From: Limisphaerales bacterium
GTDB taxonomy: Bacteria > Verrucomicrobiota > Verrucomicrobiia > Limisphaerales > AAA164-E04
Direction of reading: 5' to 3'
DNA length: 64,000 nt
NCBI GenBank assembly: GCA_965221075.1
Contig: OZ244865.1
Location: forward strand, 2,539,605 to 2,603,604
This document shows positions 36,363 through 45,186 of this stretch, one piece after another. The notes below the pieces were generated by a model that was not told where the DNA came from, searched no databases, and was given only the letters and a program-made list of their open reading frames with translations. A program made the position numbers and the translations under genes. Numbering within the stretch: position 1 is the stretch's first letter; every line of letters begins with the position of its first letter.

Positions 36363-37532
36363 TTACAGCCAGTCGAGCAGACCTCGATCGGGCAGCACAT
36401 GGCGCAGGAATTCGTCCGCTGGCAGGCACCACACACCGTCGATCCGTGTGCGCTTCGAACCCCGATGCAGCAGGACAGCGTCCGCTTCCGGGTACTCCTC
36501 GCGAAATGTCCTCAGTGACCGGAGATCTGCGGTGTGCACTGCTCGGGAGTTCTTAACTTCGATGGCCTGCAGGCCATAGTCGCCGTACACTATGAAGTCG
36601 ACCTCGGCACCGGTCCGCGTGCGCCAGTAATACAGTACTGACCGGCGGCTCGAATAGGCCCCCCATGCACGGAGGTGCTGGGCGACCAGACCCTCCAATG
36701 CCTGCCCGTCCATCTCGTGAAGTCTGTCGAGCGGGCCCCTCGGGCGCAGGGAACGGAACACTCCCGCGTCGAACAGGTAGAACTTCTCCCGGCGTACCGT
36801 GCTGCGTTTCGCACGCTTGCGGAACACGGGCAGGCGAAAGGCGAGCAAGAGGTCTTCCAGAATGTCCAGGTAGCTTGACACGACCTTGCGCGTCACCTCG
36901 CACTCCCGCGCCACCGCAGAGACATCGAGTCGCCCTCCGTGAGAGAAGGCGATGATCTCGAGAAAGCGGGCAAAGTTCCCGACGTTGCGGGTGAGTCCTT
37001 CAGCGCGCACCTCCTGATCCAGGTAAAGGCTGGCATAGCCATCCAGGACGCCCACCGGGTCGGCCGCTCCGGTCACCAGAGGCAACAGTCCGTTTGCAAG
37101 AGCTCTAGGGAGATCGAAGCCGGGCAGTTCTGCCGCCATGAAAGGGTGCAGGGTCCGCTGGAGTGCTCTGCCGCCCAGCAGGTCCACGCCGCCCTGTCGC
37201 AGCTCTCGCGCACTGGATCCCACCAGAACGAACCGTGGCGGACTCGGCTCCTCGAGAACTGCATGGACGACGGTGAGAAGTTCCGGGACTCTCTGAATCT
37301 CGTCGATAACCACGGTAGCCGCTCTCGACGACCCTGCTAGTAGCTTGCGAAGCCGTTCGGGCCTCGCTTGCAAACTGCGATGCAGCTGAGGCTCAAGCAG
37401 GTCCAGGAACAAGGCATTGGGAAGCTGGTGCCGCGTCCAGATGGTTTTTCCAGTACCACGCGGACCGAACAGAAAGCAGCTCTGTGCCGGTATGGAGAAA
37501 AACCTCCTTACTACTTCCATTTTGCGCCCCAA
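36363..37532 (-). CDS. AAA_14-type ATPase with C-terminal DUF4143 (PD-(D/E)xK-like) domain
   Basis: 389 aa. Walker A LFGPRGTGKT, Walker B VVIDEIQRVPEL. C-terminal GAEVDFIVYGDYGLQAIEVKNS is a D...E-x-K nuclease-like motif. Confidence 0.88.
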   Translation of the reverse strand: MGRKMEVVRRFFSIPAQSCFLFGPRGTGKTIWTRHQLPNALFLDLLEPQLHRSLQARPERLRKLLAGSSRAATVVIDEIQRVPELLTVVHAVLEEPSPPRFVLVGSSARELRQGGVDLLGGRALQRTLHPFMAAELPGFDLPRALANGLLPLVTGAADPVGVLDGYASLYLDQEVRAEGLTRNVGNFARFLEIIAFSHGGRLDVSAVARECEVTRKVVSSYLDILEDLLLAFRLPVFRKRAKRSTVRREKFYLFDAGVFRSLRPRGPLDRLHEMDGQALEGLVAQHLRAWGAYSSRRSVLYYWRTRTGAEVDFIVYGDYGLQAIEVKNSRAVHTADLRSLRTFREEYPEADAVLLHRGSKRTRIDGVWCLPADEFLRHVLPDRGLLDWL

Positions 37533-37758
37533 ATCGGTCCTTCCAGGGAAGATTTGGCAGCTGCCCTATGACTTGTCAATGATCGACAGAATCTCAATAC
37601 CCATCGCCCGACACGTGGATCAATCCGACACGGATGGAGCCGTCCCAGCCAACCAGAGATCTGGCGATGCTCTACCTGGGGTGCATTAGCCAGCGCTTCT
37701 CGGCCTCGATGCATCAAGCAGGACACACCATTGGTGCCAAATAGAAGACAATCTATTT

Positions 37759-38799
37759 TCATGAGCGGATGTCAGATACAGTACGAGCTTGCCGCAGCTC
37801 GACAATCGCCGATTCAAACCCGTCATTCTCGTCACCAGGCCATGTTCCGAACAGATCTTGGGCCGACTTAAGCGGCTTCACATTTTGAACATCGGCCAGA
37901 TCTTCCAAGGCATGTGCCCCCCAAAACGACGTGCGGAATGCGATCCCCTTGGGCAAGAGTCCGGTGGTTGCTCCTGCCTTGTCGTACAGCGGCTCAATAT
38001 CATGAATTCTGATGCTGGTTGTCCTGCCAGCGGATGGATCCTCGATTGGCTCGCCGACCACACGAACATATCCAAGAATATTCTCAAGGACCTCGTCCAT
38101 ATGGGAATCGTCAAAATAGCAGTGGACTGGTTCTCCAAGGGAAGGGTGAACACGGCAGCGGGCGCCTTGTTCGTTGAAGTCGGCCATGAGCAATCTACCT
38201 TCGATCTTTCGTACGTTTGTTTCCGGATCCTGGATGCGCTCGCAAATCCGAACAAGCCCGCTCGGTGTCAAGGATGCTTCAATGGGATTGTGCCGGTTTC
38301 TCAGACGGAACGACACCCTGGTGATACCATGCCCAAGAACCATTCCGGCATCTCGCCATGCCATGAGAACTCCGATGTCGTAGCCAATCGGCAGAGTGCC
38401 GGTGTTGCCATCAGTTTGAACCGTCGCCAAACCGTCAATCGCCATTTGCAGGATTTCCCTCCCTGCATCCATGCAGGGAAACTGCTGATCCGGCCTGCTA
38501 CGCTCAAAGCCAAGAACCGCCGCTGCGATTCCAGAGTTCAGGGACACGAGCTGAAGGTTCACATCGCCCTCGACGCTTCCCCGAATCTTGCCCCTGCGCC
38601 GACTCTCAGCTTTGCCGCGAAGCACACGACCGACGCGCTGCAATACCTTGTTCATGCTAGACAGAAAGCGCACCAGCTGGGGCACGGGGAACGTCCCCTG
38701 TCCAACAACGCTACCATGAAAGCGCATTAACAACATAGGGACTTTCTGATTCATGGTCCGGCCATCTTGGTAGGCTCTATTGAATTTCGTGTAGATCAT
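37759..38799 (-). CDS. hypothetical protein, no recognisable domain
   Basis: 346-aa ORF (possible start at Met16). Its composition is more protein-like than the antisense 313-aa ORF. C-terminal ...LEDLADVQNVKPLKSAQDLFGTWPGDENDGFESAIVELRQ resembles tails seen on small antitoxin-like proteins (weak). Confidence 0.6.
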   Translation of the reverse strand: MIYTKFNRAYQDGRTMNQKVPMLLMRFHGSVVGQGTFPVPQLVRFLSSMNKVLQRVGRVLRGKAESRRRGKIRGSVEGDVNLQLVSLNSGIAAAVLGFERSRPDQQFPCMDAGREILQMAIDGLATVQTDGNTGTLPIGYDIGVLMAWRDAGMVLGHGITRVSFRLRNRHNPIEASLTPSGLVRICERIQDPETNVRKIEGRLLMADFNEQGARCRVHPSLGEPVHCYFDDSHMDEVLENILGYVRVVGEPIEDPSAGRTTSIRIHDIEPLYDKAGATTGLLPKGIAFRTSFWGAHALEDLADVQNVKPLKSAQDLFGTWPGDENDGFESAIVELRQARTVSDIRS

Positions 38800-39418
38800 G
38801 CGATATCAGGTGTTTCCGCTAGACCTTTATTATTCCCATCGGGCTATGTCTCCAAAACCTGAAACTCTCCTATTACTTTCTACCTGTGACCGTGTCAACC
38901 TTTCGAAGGATGATCCATCGTACAGCACCGGAATCGGCCGCGAACGGCCAAGCCGTTCGCGGCCGAGATCCTGCCAGATCTTGGACGATCTCGAGCAGTA
39001 GTACAGCAGGAATAATGGATGGACGGCGATCCGTTGTGTGGGAATAGCTGCCATCGTGATCTTCATTCGAACGCTTTTGTTGGTTGCTCAACTCGATATC
39101 CGAGGCATCCCTGTCTTGACAAATGTCAGCCACCTTCCGCCAGGGACCAGACAGCGTATCAGGATCGTGCGCTTGATTATCTGTCGTATCAAGCAGAAGA
39201 ACGACGTGATGATGTTTCGGACCTATGAGACTGTCGTGGATTCGTATTACCAGCACAGAAACGGAATCCTTGCTTCATGTGAACTCCGATCCGGACTCGG
39301 GCAGACATCCGATTGGAGTTGTAACTGACTGGCTCTGAAAGGTGAATCTTGTCATTGGATCAAGACGGATTTCGTCGCTCTCGGCACTACGGGATCCACT
39401 CAAGATCGCGTTGGCAAT

Positions 39419-40999
39419 TTGAATGAATGCCTCTTGGGGGCTTGGAACACGATGTTCCTGCAAGGGGGACCCAGGATCGGGTTTGCTCCCACAGCTCCCG
39501 GCCCGTATGGTCGCCCGCCAGTGATTCGCAACATCATCTTCGACTGGTGCGGCACCCTGATGGACGACATGGAGGCCGTCTGGCTGGCCACCAACCACAC
39601 CCTGGCCCGGGCGGGGGTCCCGGCCCTCAGCCTGGAGGCGTTCCGGCGAGAATTCGAGCTTCCCTTCCGCCACTTCTACGAGCGGCTCACCCCCCACGTG
39701 ACCCTCACCCAGCTGGACATCTGGTACAAGCGGGACTTCAGGAGCGAGATGCACCGGGTGCGCCCCCTGCCCCACTCCCTCGGCTTCCTCCGCTTCTGCC
39801 GGGAGAGAGGCATCCGCATGTTCGTGCTCAGCTCCATCCACCCCAGCCATTTCCAGCTCCACATGGAGATCACCCGATTCGCCCCCTTCTTCACCGAGAC
39901 CTTCGTGGGGATCGAGGACAAGCGCAAGGCCATCGCGGGGATCGTGGAACGCTACGGGATGAAGTGGGAGGACACCCTGTTCGTGGGCGACATGCGCCAC
40001 GATATCGAGTCGGCCCGGGCCGGCAACATCGTCTCCTGCGCGGTGCTCACCGGCTTCGACTCCGCCGACGAGCTGCGGGACTCCGCCCCCGACCTGACGG
40101 TGGATAACCTCGATCAGCTGCGCGAGATCCTGGAGGAGAACCAGGGCTCCCTCCCCCTGCCCCAGCCCCCGAGGGCCGCCCGCCATCCCCTGGCCACGGT
40201 CGGCGCCCTGGTCTTCGACTCCCAGGGGCGGGCGCTGATGACCCGGTCCCGGAAGTGGTCTCACCGGTGGGGAATACCCGGGGGGAAGATCCGCCGGGGG
40301 GAGACCGCCGAGGAGGGCCTGCGCCGCGAGATCCTCGAGGAGACCGGACTGGAGATCGAGAACATCCGCATGGCGATGGTCCAGGACGCCATCGATCCTG
40401 ATGAATTTCACGAACCGGCCCACTTCCTCCTGCTCAACTACACCGCCACCGCTGCCTCCTCCGGCCCGGTGCGGCTCAACCAGGAGGCCCACGACTACCG
40501 GTGGGCGCAGCTGGACGAGGCGCTCGGCATGGATCTCAACGCGCCCACCAGGAACCTGATCGAAAGAGTGCGGAGCGAAGGTCCCCGATCCGGGCAGGAT
40601 CCGCAGAGTCCCGACCTGATCCACCTGGAGGACATAGAGGTCCACTGCCGCATCGGGGCCGAGGACGCCGAGCGGGCGCACCCTCAGAGGCTTCTGGTCC
40701 GTGTGATCCTGGAGGCTTCGCTGGACAGGGCGGCGGCGAGCGACCGCCTGTCGGACACCATCGACTACGCCCGCCTGGTGGAGGACCTCCGCTCCTTCGT
40801 GCAGGGAAGGACCTGGATCCTGCTGGAGCGGCTCGTCCACGAGCTCTGCCAGCGGATCCTGCTCGGATTCGGAGGCCGGAAGGTCACGGTGGAGGCCAGG
40901 AAGCAGGTCCTCCACGCTACCCGCTACGTGTCGGTCAGGCGCACCCTCGCCTCAGGGCTGGGGGAGGCTCCTGCGCAGCTGCGACTCGACCTGCCGTAG
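39419..40999 (+). CDS. tri-domain fusion: HAD-like phosphatase / NUDIX hydrolase / dihydroneopterin aldolase (FolB)
   Basis: HAD motif I IIFDWCGTL, motif III/IV ...KRKAI...FVGDMRHDI. NUDIX box GGKIRRGETAEEGLRREILEETGL. FolB region IHLEDIEVHCRIGAEDAERAHPQRLLV...SDTIDYARL. The start may be Met12 (39452). Confidence 0.85.
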   Translation: MNECLLGAWNTMFLQGGPRIGFAPTAPGPYGRPPVIRNIIFDWCGTLMDDMEAVWLATNHTLARAGVPALSLEAFRREFELPFRHFYERLTPHVTLTQLDIWYKRDFRSEMHRVRPLPHSLGFLRFCRERGIRMFVLSSIHPSHFQLHMEITRFAPFFTETFVGIEDKRKAIAGIVERYGMKWEDTLFVGDMRHDIESARAGNIVSCAVLTGFDSADELRDSAPDLTVDNLDQLREILEENQGSLPLPQPPRAARHPLATVGALVFDSQGRALMTRSRKWSHRWGIPGGKIRRGETAEEGLRREILEETGLEIENIRMAMVQDAIDPDEFHEPAHFLLLNYTATAASSGPVRLNQEAHDYRWAQLDEALGMDLNAPTRNLIERVRSEGPRSGQDPQSPDLIHLEDIEVHCRIGAEDAERAHPQRLLVRVILEASLDRAAASDRLSDTIDYARLVEDLRSFVQGRTWILLERLVHELCQRILLGFGGRKVTVEARKQVLHATRYVSVRRTLASGLGEAPAQLRLDLP

Positions 41000-42313
41000 C
41001 GACAGGTCGGTCTGGGACGCCAGGCCAGCGGTCACTCCCGCCACCGAGGCAGCCGACACCGAGGTGCCCTGGATCAGGTAGGTGGAGCCGTCGTAGGCTA
41101 TGTGGGAGTGCCCCGGAGCCACCACGTCGACGAAGGTCCCGTTGTTGGCGTAGGGGGCCAGGGAGCCGTCGGGAAGCGAGGAGGTGACCGCCAGGAATTC
41201 GGGATAGGCAGCAGGAAAGATCTCCCTGGTGCCGCCCTCGTTGCCCGCCGCCCCTATGAACACCACCCCCTGGCTGTGGGCTTCGGCGACGATATCGCGC
41301 AGGAAGGGAGCCGACTCCTCGCCTCCCAGGCTCAGGCTGAAGACGCCGGCCCCCATCTTCAGGCCGGCGACGATGCCGGCGGCCACCTGGAAGGTGGAGG
41401 TCTCCTCGGCGCTGCCGTAGATGTCCACTGGCAGGATGCGCACATCGGCAGGCTCGTTGGCGACCACTTGCCCAATCCCTTCCAGCAGGGTGAGGGCCAT
41501 GGTGGTTCCATGGGTCGGCTCTCCACCGAGGGGAGCCTCCTGCCCCTCGCCCAGGACCACCGGATCCAGGAGGAAATCGGAGAGCCCCGGGGCATCCTGC
41601 TGCACCTGGGTGTCCAGCAAGGCCACCACCAGGGTGTCCTCGCCCACCTCGGGATTGGCCCGCACCTGGAACGGATCGAGGATCGGAGGCCCTGCCCCCA
41701 GATCGGGGGACAAGCCCGGCAGGCGGTAGTTGTCGGCCACATCGATGCCATCCTCATGGGCCAGCAGCTCCCTGGCCCGATCGGCGCTCTCGGCGTCCTT
41801 GAAGCGGAAAAGCCAGGCATCGTGGCCCTCGATGCTGCCGACGATCTGGGCCCTGAGGCTCCGGGCCATATCCCGGACTTCGGCCTCGCTCCCCGATCCG
41901 AACGTGAGGATCAGCTCGTTGTCGATGCGGGCGTCCGGCTCGGGCGCCTCCAGGCGCTTGATCGCAGCTGCGGCGGAGTTGCGGTAGACGCACAGCTTCG
42001 GCCTGCCCTCGCGGTCCTGCATCAGGGCGAAGTTCCACACCCCCAGAATGCGCCGCAGGGCTCGGTGAGCCGGAAGGGGGCCGAAGCGCATGGTCAGTTC
42101 AGCCTCCAGCTCGGGCTCGATCCACACCTGCCAACCGGTCTGGCTGGAGAGGGAGATCAGGACATCCACCAGGGAATCCTTCTCCAGGGAGGCCTCCACT
42201 GTCCGGGTGGCGGGATCCCACCGGATCCCTGGATCGGCGCGGATCCACGCCGCCATGGCCCCCAGGATCCCCAATGCCAGCAGTCCCCTCATTGCTCCAT
42301 TCGGGTTCAACAC
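40952..42313 (-). CDS. subtilisin-like serine protease (S8) with N-terminal uncharacterised domain, secreted
   Basis: 453 aa. Triad contexts VVALLDTQV (Asp), THGTTMALTL (His), GTSVSAASVAG (Ser). Confidence 0.85.
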   Translation of the reverse strand: MLNPNGAMRGLLALGILGAMAAWIRADPGIRWDPATRTVEASLEKDSLVDVLISLSSQTGWQVWIEPELEAELTMRFGPLPAHRALRRILGVWNFALMQDREGRPKLCVYRNSAAAAIKRLEAPEPDARIDNELILTFGSGSEAEVRDMARSLRAQIVGSIEGHDAWLFRFKDAESADRARELLAHEDGIDVADNYRLPGLSPDLGAGPPILDPFQVRANPEVGEDTLVVALLDTQVQQDAPGLSDFLLDPVVLGEGQEAPLGGEPTHGTTMALTLLEGIGQVVANEPADVRILPVDIYGSAEETSTFQVAAGIVAGLKMGAGVFSLSLGGEESAPFLRDIVAEAHSQGVVFIGAAGNEGGTREIFPAAYPEFLAVTSSLPDGSLAPYANNGTFVDVVAPGHSHIAYDGSTYLIQGTSVSAASVAGVTAGLASQTDLSLRQVESQLRRSLPQP

Positions 42314-42338
42314 CCGCAGCGACTCAAGGTTGCGCTCC

Positions 42339-44984
42339 TCAGCCGCTCCCGATGCGCGCCCTGACGAAGAACGGGCCGTCGCTCTCCCTGGGAAGGGGCA
42401 GGGACTTGAGCGTCCCCCTCTCCCCCCGGAAGGGATCCTCCACTCCCGGATCGAGGGTCCGCCAGGGCGAATCGAGACTGCTGGTGGCCTCCAGCTCCAG
42501 GACCAGCCCCGGATCGGAGACCGCAGGGAACCGCAGCTGGAGCGAGTCGCCCTGCCTCAGGATCTGCAGCCGCCAGTAGTCCCCGGAATCGGCCGGATCG
42601 GTGACGAGACGGTACTCCAGCATGTTGGACATTCCGTCCCCGTCGGCGTCTCCCCCCTCATCGGCCACCTCTCCCAGGTGCCTCAGGGACCACTCCTGGT
42701 AGGCCTCCCTCGGCAGCGACTGGGAGATCCACCGCGAGATCGCCTCGATGGCCCGGTGGTCGGGGACGCGGGTGGCCACCGGAGGCATGCGATCGCTTCC
42801 GGTGGAGATCATCCGCTGCAGCAGCTCCGAGGCGGAAGGCTCCCCCGGAACCACCACCCGGCGGGCTGGACTCAGCGAAGAATTGGCCAGGGCTCCCCCG
42901 ACGATCCCGGCCTCGGCCAGGGGAGCCTCCATCCGGGCGTCCCAAAGTCCGATGGCCTCTCCTCCCGGCCGGTGGCACTGGCCGCAGTTGACATGCAGGT
43001 AGGAGCGAACCCGCTCCTCCAGATCGGCCTCCTGATCGTCGAGAGGCGACAGAAGCCGAGACGGAACAGGCTCCCGTTCCAGGTACCCTGCCTGGTGGAG
43101 GGCCTGGAGCTGGGGCCCATGGAAGCCCTCCCGGTCCAGCTGCTCGGCGGAGAAACCCAGAGCCCCGCCCGCCTGGCGGGTGTGGCAGGCCAGGCACTCG
43201 CTGCGTCCTGGATAGCGCCAGAGCACGCTTCTGAGCCCGTCCTCCGCCTCGATCTCCAGCAGCTCGTCCCGGCCCTCGGCCTCCACCAGCCGGGCCTCCC
43301 TGCCGTCCTCGTCCCACCGGTAGGTGATCCCGTAGACCCCGCTTCCGGCCTCTCCGGCAGGCTCCCTGACCAGAAACCTGGTCTCGAGGCGGCGGCGGGA
43401 TCCGGGATCCCCCTCAGCCATCTCCATCTCGAAGTGCTTGATCCAGACCATCCCCTCGGGGAAGGACCAGGGGCCCGAGGGGGAGTTGCCGATGAGGAGG
43501 TCGGTATCAGGCAGGGCGAACCAGCGCCGCTTGTCGGCCCCGTCCGACCAGAAAGGGGCGCGGATCCGGTAGGGAACGATCCCCGGCTGCGGCTCCAGGG
43601 TGGAGAGATCCCGGAAGGCTCCGGTCTCCGAGAGGGTGGCGGGGAAGCCGGGCCCGCCCCCGGAGGACCGGGGCTCCAGGCGCAGAAGGCGGTTGGAGTT
43701 GAGATCGGCCACCAGGACGTCGCCGTTGCGGGGATCGGTGCCGAAAGCGGAGATCCCCACTTCCCGGGCCAGCCGCTCCCACTGCGGCGGCCGATCCTCG
43801 CGGAGGCGCAGCGACCAGATGTTGCCGCTGACGTAGTCGCCGAACACGTAGGCCCCGTAGAGGTCCGGAATGCGGCCTCCCCGGTAGAACACTCCTCCGG
43901 TCACCGACTTGCCCTGGAAGGTCCCGGTCCCGTGGGGGTACTCCAGGATCGGCTCCTGGAAGCTCGCTCCGGAGGGAGCCGGGCGCCACGGCCCGTCCAG
44001 GCTTCCCTCCCGGTAGTTCCATCCGTAGTTGCCTCCCCTCTCGACAAGGTTGATCTCCTCGCGCCGCCCCTGCCCCACATCCCCGGTGTACAGCGCGCCG
44101 GTGGCCGGGTCGAAGGCCATGCGCCAGGGATTGCGCAGGCCCACCGCCCAGAACTCGGTGCGCACCCGGTCCGTAGCAAGCCGGCGCCCCAGGAACTCCG
44201 TGGCTCCCACCCAGGGGTTGTCGGGAGGCACCCGGAACCGGGCGCCGCCGACAGGATCCACGGGGATGGCGGCATGGGGATTGGGGGGCAGGCTGCCCTC
44301 GCGCCGGTCCACGTCAAGGCGCAGGATCCCGGCGAAGAAGTCTCGGTCCAGCCGCTGGCTGTTGCCCAGGCTGTCGTTGGCGGCCCCCTCGTCCCCCAGG
44401 GCCAAGTAGAGGTAGCCGTCGGGCCCGAAGTGGAGATCCCCTCCGTTGTGGTTGCCGGCGTCGTCGGCCTGGCTGATCAGCACCAGCTCCGAATCGATCA
44501 GGCCCCGGTCCGGATCGAGGGGGTCGACCTGGAAGCGGGAGAGGCGGTTGGGGGAGCGCGCCCCCCTGGCGGTGTAGAACACGTAGAAGTAGCCGTTGTC
44601 CCGGTAGCGGGGATGAAAGGCCAGTCCCAGGACTCCCTGCTCGCCCGCGCCAGACTCGGCGATGCGGCTGAGGGAGAGGAACAGGGAGCGCCCCGGATCC
44701 TCCCCGCCGTCCACCACCCAGATCCTACCCCGGCGCTCCACCACGAAGAGGCGCTGGTCGTCTCCGGGGGGGCTCGTCAGGGCCACAGGATGGCTGAAGC
44801 TGGGCAGCCGGGAGAATGCCTGCTCCAGTCCGTAGCCTGACTGCGGGGGAAGGGATGGAAGCGCCAGGGCGAGGGCGGGCTCCCGCTGCAGGGGCTGGCC
44901 CACGGAGGCCAGCGCCGCGCCCCAGAGCAGGACCCCCGCCATCGAGCCTCGCCAGCAAAGCCCTGCATCTCTCCTGCGAGCCAT
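42339..44984 (-). CDS. PQQ-dependent sugar dehydrogenase (SGDH beta-propeller) fused to di-heme cytochrome c region
   Basis: GVLGLAFHPRYRDNGYFYVFYT, HNGGDLHFGPDGYLYLALGDEG, and two CxxCH motifs (CLACH, CGQCH). Start uncertain (ATG 44984, 44942 or 45023). The track start at 45161 is unlikely. Confidence 0.8.
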   Translation of the reverse strand: MARRRDAGLCWRGSMAGVLLWGAALASVGQPLQREPALALALPSLPPQSGYGLEQAFSRLPSFSHPVALTSPPGDDQRLFVVERRGRIWVVDGGEDPGRSLFLSLSRIAESGAGEQGVLGLAFHPRYRDNGYFYVFYTARGARSPNRLSRFQVDPLDPDRGLIDSELVLISQADDAGNHNGGDLHFGPDGYLYLALGDEGAANDSLGNSQRLDRDFFAGILRLDVDRREGSLPPNPHAAIPVDPVGGARFRVPPDNPWVGATEFLGRRLATDRVRTEFWAVGLRNPWRMAFDPATGALYTGDVGQGRREEINLVERGGNYGWNYREGSLDGPWRPAPSGASFQEPILEYPHGTGTFQGKSVTGGVFYRGGRIPDLYGAYVFGDYVSGNIWSLRLREDRPPQWERLAREVGISAFGTDPRNGDVLVADLNSNRLLRLEPRSSGGGPGFPATLSETGAFRDLSTLEPQPGIVPYRIRAPFWSDGADKRRWFALPDTDLLIGNSPSGPWSFPEGMVWIKHFEMEMAEGDPGSRRRLETRFLVREPAGEAGSGVYGITYRWDEDGREARLVEAEGRDELLEIEAEDGLRSVLWRYPGRSECLACHTRQAGGALGFSAEQLDREGFHGPQLQALHQAGYLEREPVPSRLLSPLDDQEADLEERVRSYLHVNCGQCHRPGGEAIGLWDARMEAPLAEAGIVGGALANSSLSPARRVVVPGEPSASELLQRMISTGSDRMPPVATRVPDHRAIEAISRWISQSLPREAYQEWSLRHLGEVADEGGDADGDGMSNMLEYRLVTDPADSGDYWRLQILRQGDSLQLRFPAVSDPGLVLELEATSSLDSPWRTLDPGVEDPFRGERGTLKSLPLPRESDGPFFVRARIGSG

Positions 44985-45186
44985 CTGGTACCTACACTGC
45001 CGCAGTTCCGCCCGGCTGGCCATGGCAAAATAGCGTCGCCAACCGGCCCCGGCTTCGCGCTTGCCAGGTGGAAGGGGCGACGCACAATGCCCCCGGCACG
45101 ACCCGAGAGCGGACGGTTCCGGGATTCCCGTCCAGGTGAGCACAGGAGCAGCCCACGCCATATCTTCCCGCTAGGGGGGAATCCCC

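Noticed and set aside
38830-39328. Small ORFs in the AT-rich spacer upstream of the 346-aa gene (38873..39256-, 38830..39066-, 39038..39328+).
   Set aside because: They mutually overlap, have no recognisable motifs, and no convincing start or RBS context. The region is left unannotated.
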